From positions 1-12,629 of the forward strand of contig CAZZXB010000072.1 of assembly GCA_964658025.1 (NCBI GenBank): 12,629 nt of DNA, given 5' to 3'. The stretch is from an uncultured Janthinobacterium sp. GTDB lineage: Bacteria > Vulcanimicrobiota > Vulcanimicrobiia > Vulcanimicrobiales > Vulcanimicrobiaceae. This document shows, piece by piece, positions 7,128 through 12,629 of the stretch (position 1 is its first letter; each line of letters starts with the position of its first letter). The position numbers and the translations under genes were made by a program. The notes under the pieces are model-generated. The model was not told the DNA's origin and searched no databases. It was given only the letters and a program-made list of their open reading frames with translations.

Positions 7128-8285
7128 ATGTCGTCGCAGGAGTCGCCCTCGATCGGAATCGGAACGTTCCGGCTCCTGGCGCGTAGCGGCGATGCCCGCC
7201 GTGGAACGCTCGCGCTCGCCCACGGCGACGTCGCGACGCCCGCGTTCATGCCCGTCGGCACCGCGGCGACGGTGAAAGCGCTCTCGCCCGTCGATCTCCG
7301 CGAACTCGGCGCGAGCATCGTGCTCGCGAACACGTATCACCTGTGGCTGCGTCCGGGGCGCGAGACGATCGAAGCGCTCGGCGGCCTGCACACGTTCATG
7401 AGTTGGGATCGCAACATCCTCACCGACAGCGGCGGCTTCCAGGTATTCTCGCTCGAATCGCGCCGCGCGCTCTCCGATGCGGGCGTCCGTTTTCGTTCGC
7501 ATCTCGACGGGACCGAGCACGAATTCACGCCCGAGAACGTCGTCGCGTTTCAGGAAGCGCTCGGCGTCGACGTGGCGATGGCGCTCGACGTGTGCGTTAA
7601 GTTGCCGGCATCGCGCGAGGCGATCGACGAAGCGGTTCGGCGCACGAGCGTGTGGGCGGCGCGTTGCGCGGCGGCGCGATCGCGCCGCGCGACGGCGCTC
7701 TTCGGCATCGTACAGGGCGGCCTCGATCCGCACGCGCGCGAACGCAGCGCGCGCGATCTCGTCGCGCTCGATCTGCCGGGCTACGCCGTCGGCGGACTCT
7801 CCGTCGGCGAATCGCGCGAGGATCTCTACGCGACCGCGCGCTTCACGGCCGCGTTATTGCCGCCGGAAAAGCCGCGGTATCTGATGGGCGTCGGCACGAT
7901 CCGCGATCTCGTCGAATGCGTGGACGGCGGCATCGACATGTTCGATTGCGTCTATCCCACGCGCTGCGGGCGCAACGGCCGCGCGCTCGGCTTCGACGGC
8001 GATTTCAACATCCGTAACGCCGCCTACGCGCGCGACCCGCGTCCGATCGACCCGACGTGCGCATGCACCGTCTGCACGACGTACTCGCGCGCGTACGTCT
8101 CGCATCTCTTTCGCGCCGAGGAGATGCTCGGCGCGCGCTTGCTCTCGTATCACAACCTCGCGATCCTCGCGCGCGTGATGTCCGACGCACGCGACGCGAT
8201 CGATCGTAACGCGTGGCCCGCATTTCGCGACGCGACGCTCGCGCGACTGCCGAGCGTCGCGAACGCGACGGTGGCGTCGCCCTAG
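7128..8285 (+). CDS. tgt: Queuine tRNA-ribosyltransferase (tRNA-guanine transglycosylase)
   Basis: Motifs TPAFMPVGT, NTYHL, TDSGGFQVFSL, GIVQGG, GGLSVGE, PRYLMGVG and DMFDCVYPTR, plus the Zn site CACTVC...HN. The start is uncertain (ATG 7119, ATG 7128 or non-canonical 7152). Confidence 0.96.
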   Translation: MSSQESPSIGIGTFRLLARSGDARRGTLALAHGDVATPAFMPVGTAATVKALSPVDLRELGASIVLANTYHLWLRPGRETIEALGGLHTFMSWDRNILTDSGGFQVFSLESRRALSDAGVRFRSHLDGTEHEFTPENVVAFQEALGVDVAMALDVCVKLPASREAIDEAVRRTSVWAARCAAARSRRATALFGIVQGGLDPHARERSARDLVALDLPGYAVGGLSVGESREDLYATARFTAALLPPEKPRYLMGVGTIRDLVECVDGGIDMFDCVYPTRCGRNGRALGFDGDFNIRNAAYARDPRPIDPTCACTVCTTYSRAYVSHLFRAEEMLGARLLSYHNLAILARVMSDARDAIDRNAWPAFRDATLARLPSVANATVASP

Positions 8286-9007
8286 CGGCGCCCGCCGCCG
8301 CCGTGAGATCCGCCGCCGCCGAAACCGCTCGGACGGCTCTCGATCACGCGCGTCTGTTGCCCGGCTCCGACGCTCGGCGGCGTTCCGCGAAACGCCGGAC
8401 GACCGACGCGCGTTCCGCCTCCGACCGGACCGCGACCGTCGTACCCGTCGTGATCGTGCCACCCGCGGCCGCGATATCCGTACGGTCCGCCGCCGTAATA
8501 TCCACCGCCGTAAAAACCGACGCCGAAACCCACCCCGCCGTACGGATATCCGTACGGACCGAAACCTCCGACTCCGTACGGTCCGAAGCCGCCGTAGTAC
8601 GGATAGCCGATCGCCGGCGCGCCGAAATAGCCGATCGAGCCGTACGCATAGTCGTCGTCCACGTGGTACGGCGTGTCGATCTCGTTCGCGTCGTAACGGT
8701 CGCCGGAATTCGTGCCGAGGATCGTGACGTCCTGACCGATCGCCAAACGCAGGCCGGTCGGATTGATGATCGTTCCGTCGTGCAGACGGATGCGATCGAT
8801 GTAGCCCTTCGCATCGCGGACGCGGATATCGTATTTCCCGTCGATCGACGAGATCGTGCCTTTGATCGCGTTCGCGTCGTCTTTCGTCGCGTAGGTCGGA
8901 ATCGCACCGTCTCCATCGTTCGCGCGAGCGACGGACGGTGCGAAAAGCGTCGACGTCGCGACGACGAGCGTGAGGGCGAGGGTGGTAGGTCGTGGGAAGG
9001 TATTCAT
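8282..9007 (-). CDS. Hypothetical exported protein: signal peptide, small beta-rich domain, Gly/Tyr-rich low-complexity tail
   Basis: Signal peptide MNTFPRPTTLALTLVVATSTLFAPSVARA, then the beta-strand-like KGTISSIDGKYDIRVRD...GQDVTILG, then a tail with GGFGPYG/GGGYYG repeats. The composition is non-random. Confidence 0.8.
   Translation of the reverse strand: MNTFPRPTTLALTLVVATSTLFAPSVARANDGDGAIPTYATKDDANAIKGTISSIDGKYDIRVRDAKGYIDRIRLHDGTIINPTGLRLAIGQDVTILGTNSGDRYDANEIDTPYHVDDDYAYGSIGYFGAPAIGYPYYGGFGPYGVGGFGPYGYPYGGVGFGVGFYGGGYYGGGPYGYRGRGWHDHDGYDGRGPVGGGTRVGRPAFRGTPPSVGAGQQTRVIESRPSGFGGGGSHGGGGRR
8550..8590 (-). repeat. Imperfect 17-bp direct repeat, period 24 nt, encoding GFGPYG twice
   Basis: ccgtacggaccgaaacc (8550-8566) and ccgtacggtccgaagcc (8574-8590). 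The related gatatccgtacgg occurs at 8473-8485 and 8545-8557. Confidence 0.7.
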
Positions 9008-9055
9008 GATCGTACGCCTATCGTACCCAACGCGACGCGACGTCTCCCAATTGCG

Positions 9056-9451
9056 TTAGCGTTCGGACGCCCCATTTTGTACGGAGAGTTCGAGTCGATA
9101 GCCGTCGGGATCGTGCAACCAGAGCCCCAAATGCGGGGATCCCGGCGCCTCCGGACCGATCTCGTCGCCGGGATCTTCGAGCGCGACGCCGCGCGCGCGC
9201 AAAAAATCGCGCGCCGCGCGCAGCGTCGTCATATCCGGCAGATGGAACGACACGTGCTCGATCGTTTCGGGACTCGCTTCGCCCGTGTAGAGCGCGATCG
9301 TCACCGCGTCGCTTCCGACCGCGACGCCTCCGTCGAACGCGAAGAGCTCGTCGAGCCCGAGATTGGCGACGTACCAATCGGCGCTCGCGCGCGCGTCGCG
9401 GACCCGCAATCCGAAATGTCCGACCTGACCGAGCGAAAAGGGAGCTTTCAC
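9056..9451 (-). CDS. VOC (glyoxalase/bleomycin resistance/dioxygenase) family protein
   Basis: GTG at 9451, 7 nt after the xth stop. Motifs VGHFGLRVRDARASADWYVANLGL, IEHVSFHL and WLHDPDGYRLELS give the metal-ligand His/His/Glu pattern. 131 aa. Confidence 0.88.
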   Translation of the reverse strand: MKAPFSLGQVGHFGLRVRDARASADWYVANLGLDELFAFDGGVAVGSDAVTIALYTGEASPETIEHVSFHLPDMTTLRAARDFLRARGVALEDPGDEIGPEAPGSPHLGLWLHDPDGYRLELSVQNGASER

Positions 9452-9458
9452 CGCTCGA

Positions 9459-10241
9459 TCATTCCCACGCGACGTCGTACGACATCGTGAGCGGTGCGTG
9501 ATCGGAGAAGCGCTCGGCGCGTTCGATCCTCGCGGTCCGCGCGAACGCGGCGACGTTCGGCGTCGCGAGTTGGTAATCGATCCGCCACCCGAGGTTGCGT
9601 TCGAAGGCGCCCGCGAAATTCGACCACCACGTGTAACGCTCGGCCGCACCGTCGATCGAACGGAACGCGTCGACCCAGCCGACGTCGTCGAAGAGCGTGT
9701 CGAGCCACGCGCGTTCGTGCGGGAGATGACCCGTCACGCGCGCGTTGCGAACGGGATCGTACGTATCGATCGCGCGGTGCGCCACGTTGAAGTCGCCGCA
9801 GACGAGGTAACGTCGACCGTCGTTCGCCATCTCCGCGAACGGCCCGAGCATCCGTTCGAGAAACGTTTCCTTCACGCGTTGGCGGATCTCGCCGCTCGTC
9901 CCCGACGGCGCGTAGAGCGAACCGATCGAGAAATCGCCCCAATCGAATCGCACGTAACGTCCTTCACGATCGAACTCGGGCATGTCGAGCCCGCGGACGA
10001 TCCGATCGGGCTCGCGCTTCGCGTAGATCGCGACGCCGCTGTAGCCTTTCTTCTCGGCATCGACGAACGCGACGTGCGGATACACGTCGAGATCGAGCGC
10101 TTCGGGCGGCACCTGATACTCCTGCGCCTTCGTCTCTTGGATGCAGAGCACGTCGGGCGACTCCGCGCGCAGCCAGGTGAAGAACCCCTTGCGCGCGGCC
10201 GATCGGATTCCGTTCGCGTTGAAGGTCGTGACGCGCAACAT
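9459..10241 (-). CDS. xth: Exodeoxyribonuclease III / AP endonuclease
   Basis: Motifs TFNANGIRSA, LCIQETK, GYSGVA, DREGR, LYAPSG, CGDFNVAH, YTWWS, GWRIDY and FSDHAP; the catalytic residues are intact. Confidence 0.95.
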   Translation of the reverse strand: MLRVTTFNANGIRSAARKGFFTWLRAESPDVLCIQETKAQEYQVPPEALDLDVYPHVAFVDAEKKGYSGVAIYAKREPDRIVRGLDMPEFDREGRYVRFDWGDFSIGSLYAPSGTSGEIRQRVKETFLERMLGPFAEMANDGRRYLVCGDFNVAHRAIDTYDPVRNARVTGHLPHERAWLDTLFDDVGWVDAFRSIDGAAERYTWWSNFAGAFERNLGWRIDYQLATPNVAAFARTARIERAERFSDHAPLTMSYDVAWE

Positions 10242-10257
10242 CGCGCGTGAGATTGGA

Positions 10258-11103
10258 TTACGCGGTGACGAGTTCCGCGTCGGATTCGAGCGACGCCGAA
10301 AGCGCGGCGCGGACGGCGCGGACGCGACGCGCGATCCGGGCGAACGTCTCGGGATCGATCGCCTGCGCCGCGTCGCATCGCGCGTGCGCCGGATCGGGGT
10401 GCATCTCGACGATCGCGCCGTCGAGACCGGCGGCCGCCGCCGCGAGCACGAGCGGCTCGATCAGCGTCGCGCGTCCGGTCGCGTGCGAGGGATCGAGGAT
10501 GACCGGCAGATGCGTGAGTTCCTTGAGGCGCAGCGCGCCGCCGAGATCGGCGACGTTACGCGTCTGCGGATCGAAGCCGCGGATGCCGCGTTCGCAGAGG
10601 ACGACGTTCGGATTCCCCTCGACGAGCACGTACTCGGCCGCGAACAAGAGTTCGTCGAGCGTCCCCGCGGGCGATCGCTTCAAGAGGATCGGGCGCCCGG
10701 TCCGAGCCGCCGCGCGCAGGAGCGGAACGTTCTGCATGTTGCGCGCGCCGATCTGGACGACGTCGCAGAACTCGGCGACGAGTTCCACGTGCGATTCCGC
10801 CAGCGCCTCGACGATCGTCGGCAGCCCGTGGCGCGCTCCCGCGTCGGCGATGAGCGGAAGCCCGCGCTCGCCGAGTCCTTGGAAGTCGTACGGCGACGTG
10901 CGCGGCTTGAACGCACCGCCGCGAAGCGCGACGCCCCCCGCCGCCGCCACGGCGCCCGCGGCGGTTTCGATCTGTTCGGTCGTTTCGATCGCGCACGGGC
11001 CGCCGACGAGGGCGAACCCGCCGTCGCCGAACGAGAACGACCCGACTCCGACGACGGTGGTAGCCGACGACGTACGTTCGGCGAGACGATAGCTTGCGGA
11101 CAT
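10258..11103 (-). CDS. aroF: 3-deoxy-7-phosphoheptulonate (DAHP) synthase, type I-beta, catalytic barrel only
   Basis: ATG at 11103 after GAGGGG. Motifs GGPCAIE, RGGAFKPRTSPYDFQGLG, QIGARNMQN, CERGIRGF, DPSHATG and EMHPDPAHARCDAAQ. 281 aa with no ACT or chorismate-mutase domain. Confidence 0.94.
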   Translation of the reverse strand: MSASYRLAERTSSATTVVGVGSFSFGDGGFALVGGPCAIETTEQIETAAGAVAAAGGVALRGGAFKPRTSPYDFQGLGERGLPLIADAGARHGLPTIVEALAESHVELVAEFCDVVQIGARNMQNVPLLRAAARTGRPILLKRSPAGTLDELLFAAEYVLVEGNPNVVLCERGIRGFDPQTRNVADLGGALRLKELTHLPVILDPSHATGRATLIEPLVLAAAAAGLDGAIVEMHPDPAHARCDAAQAIDPETFARIARRVRAVRAALSASLESDAELVTA

Positions 11104-11117
11104 GGACCCCTCAGCAT

Positions 11118-11147
11118 AAGAAAAAACCACCCCGGTGAGGGTGGCTT
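11118..11147 (-). terminator. Intrinsic terminator (attenuator) upstream of aroF
   Basis: Minus strand reads AAGCCACCCT-CACC-GGGGTGGTTTTTTCTT, a GC-rich stem followed by a U6 tract ending about 15 nt before the aroF start. Confidence 0.88.
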
Positions 11148-11186
11148 GGCTCGAACAGAGTTCGGGACGCGCGATTACCTCACCGG
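11132..11186 (-). promoter_or_regulatory. Antiterminator helix of the aroF attenuator
   Basis: Minus-strand CCGGTGAGG (11186-11178, spanning the leader stop codon) is the exact reverse complement of CCTCACCGG (11140-11132) inside the terminator hairpin. The two structures are mutually exclusive. Confidence 0.82.
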
Positions 11187-11239
11187 AACGTTCGTTCGGC
11201 GTAGTACCAGTACGAGGCGGCGAAGGCGTGCGCGGACAT
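11180..11239 (-). CDS. aroF leader (attenuator) peptide MSAHAFAASYWYYAERTFR
   Basis: ATG TCC GCG CAC GCC TTC GCC GCC TCG TAC TGG TAC TAC GCC GAA CGA ACG TTC CGG TGA. Six of 19 codons are aromatic, including a YWYY run. It lies between the promoter and the terminator. Confidence 0.85.
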   Translation of the reverse strand: MSAHAFAASYWYYAERTFR

Positions 11240-11246
11240 CGTTGAG

Positions 11247-11276
11247 ACGGTAGCATTCCGCAAGCGAACGTGTCAA
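11247..11276 (-). promoter_or_regulatory. Sigma70-type promoter for the aroF leader
   Basis: Perfect -35 TTGACA (11276-11271), an 18-nt spacer ending TGC (extended -10 TGn), and -10 TACCGT (11252-11247). The leader ATG begins after a 7-nt gap. Confidence 0.82.
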
Positions 11277-11342
11277 TCCACCGCAAGCACGATCGCCGAC
11301 GCCGCGCCGTGCGGATCGTCGCGTCGCCTTCGTCCGGAACGT

Positions 11343-12581
11343 TCAGGCGACGCCGACCCGGGCCGGCGACGATTCGAGGATCGTCGTCCGGTACTCGGCC
11401 GCGTGGAGTTTCACGACGATCGCCTCGAGATCGGCGGGCGCCCGGATCTCGAAGGTGATGTCGAGTTCCGCATCGCGCGACGAGACGTCGGGCTGATGGC
11501 GCAGGTGCACGACTTCGAGAATGTTCGCGCCCACCTCGCCGATGAGTCGCGCGACTTCCGCGAGGACGCCCGGACGATCGTTGATCGCGACGCGCATCCG
11601 CACGACGCGCCCTTCGCGCAAGCGGACGCGCGCCATCACGTTCGCGAGTAATCCCGTGTCGATGTTTCCGCCGCAGACGACGAGTCCGACGCGCTTGCCC
11701 GCGAATCGCGACGGATCGTCGAGCATCGCCGCGAGACCCGCCGCGCCCGCGCCCTCGCTCACGAGTTTTTCTTCCTCGACGAGCGTGTGCACCGCGCGTT
11801 CGATCGATCCTTCGGAGACGAGGACGACGTCGTCGACGAGTTCGCGCGCGATCGCGAGCGGGACGTCGCCGATCCGGCCGACGGCGATGCCCTCGGCGAT
11901 CGTCCGTCCGCCGTGGACGAGCGGGAGATCGTTTCGGATCTGAAAGAACGACGGGAAGAACAGCGTCTGAACGCCGAGGATCTGCGTCTTCGGCGAGAGC
12001 GTTTTCAATGCGACGGCGAATCCGGAGATGAGCCCGCCGCCGCCGATCGGCACGATCGCGATATCGAGATCCGGCACGTCCTGCGCGAACTCGAGCCCGA
12101 CGGTCCCCGCGCCCGCGACGATGCGCGGATCGTCGTACGGATGCACGAGCGTGAGGCCTTCGTCGTCTACGAATTCGTTCGCGCGCGCCGCGGCCTCCGC
12201 GAGCGAACGACCGGCGAGGACGACGCGCGCGCCGAAATTGCGCGTGCGCCGGATCTTCGTGAACGGCGTGTCTTCCGGCATCACGATCGTCGCGGCGATG
12301 CCCAGACGTCTCGCGACGTACGCCACGGCCTGCGCGTGATTGCCCGCCGACATCGCGACGACGCCGCGCTCGCGCTCGCTCGCTTCGAGTTGCAACATCC
12401 GATTCGCGGCGCCGCGATCCTTGAAGGCACCCGTGCGCTGGAACGTCTCGAGTTTGAGGAAGACCGACGCGCGCGTGAGATCGGAGAGCGCCGTCGCCGC
12501 CACCGCGGGCGTCCGCACGACGTAGGGCGCGATGCGTTCGGCGGCCGCTTCGATCGCGTGATGGTCGACCGGTAAACTCAC
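11343..12581 (-). CDS. ilvA: Threonine ammonia-lyase (PLP-dependent threonine/serine dehydratase) with single C-terminal ACT-like domain
   Basis: Motifs FLKLETFQRTGAFKDRGA (PLP Lys), SAGNHAQAVA, HPYDD, PIGGGGLISG, TIAEGIAV and CGGNID, plus a C-terminal DRPGVLAEVARLIGEVGANILEV. 412 aa. Confidence 0.93.
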   Translation of the reverse strand: MSLPVDHHAIEAAAERIAPYVVRTPAVAATALSDLTRASVFLKLETFQRTGAFKDRGAANRMLQLEASERERGVVAMSAGNHAQAVAYVARRLGIAATIVMPEDTPFTKIRRTRNFGARVVLAGRSLAEAAARANEFVDDEGLTLVHPYDDPRIVAGAGTVGLEFAQDVPDLDIAIVPIGGGGLISGFAVALKTLSPKTQILGVQTLFFPSFFQIRNDLPLVHGGRTIAEGIAVGRIGDVPLAIARELVDDVVLVSEGSIERAVHTLVEEEKLVSEGAGAAGLAAMLDDPSRFAGKRVGLVVCGGNIDTGLLANVMARVRLREGRVVRMRVAINDRPGVLAEVARLIGEVGANILEVVHLRHQPDVSSRDAELDITFEIRAPADLEAIVVKLHAAEYRTTILESSPARVGVA

Positions 12582-12629
12582 GTCGTCTCGGTTCCGCGTC
12601 GGAGACGCGCATTCCGCGCCGGTCGACGT

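Noticed and set aside
7085..7150. preQ1 riboswitch upstream of tgt
   Set aside because: There is no preQ1-type stem-loop with an A-rich 3' tail, only a GC-rich hairpin.
8213..9490. 425-aa plus-strand ORF, and similar ones at 9498, 10141, 10247 and 11787
   Set aside because: They are antisense to well-supported minus-strand genes and have typical shadow-ORF composition.
11104..11280. T-box riboswitch as the explanation for the aroF terminator
   Set aside because: There is no UGGNACC T-box bulge in an antiterminator position and no room for Stem I. The TGGTACT in the leader is simply the Trp-Tyr codons, and the leader-peptide model explains the structure.
10258..12612. 784-aa ORF suggesting a long N-terminal extension or fusion on DAHP synthase
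   Set aside because: The first 500 or so residues are an Arg-rich off-frame shadow of ilvA that runs through the promoter, leader and terminator. Homology and an RBS begin at ATG 11103.
1..12629. Abundant short CGCG/TCGA/GATC palindromes; possible CRISPR or mobile-element repeats
   Set aside because: They reflect genome-wide composition and codon bias. No regularly spaced repeat array, transposase, integrase or terminal inverted repeats were seen.

Overview
GC-rich bacterial chromosomal window, very rich in CG/TCGA, with almost entirely housekeeping genes. DivIVA and SepF occur alongside a TonB-C protein, which suggests a diderm Terrabacteria lineage such as Eremiobacterota/Vulcanimicrobiota; this is inference only. 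Minus-strand operon: lgt-yggS-sepF-divIVA-(orphan GvpL/GvpF-like gene)-leuB, with leuB running off the left edge. Divergent plus-strand block: ccdA-lspA-rluD-like, followed by an AT-rich gap, a short TonB-C-domain gene and tgt. Converging minus-strand block: threonine ammonia-lyase, DAHP synthase (aroF, type I-beta with no regulatory domain), xth, a VOC protein and a secreted Gly/Tyr-rich protein. The main finding is an unannotated attenuator upstream of aroF. It has a sigma70 promoter (TTGACA-18-TACCGT), an apparently leaderless 19-aa leader peptide MSAHAFAASYWYYAERTFR containing all three aromatic amino acids, an intrinsic terminator, and a perfect 9-bp antiterminator strand overlapping the leader stop codon. 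Secondary findings: the orphan gas-vesicle-family gene inside a cell-division operon, a probable ATA start for rluD, a hairpin burying the tgt start codons, and a non-canonical Lgt active-site motif. No mobile elements, CRISPR arrays, tRNAs or rRNAs were recognised.
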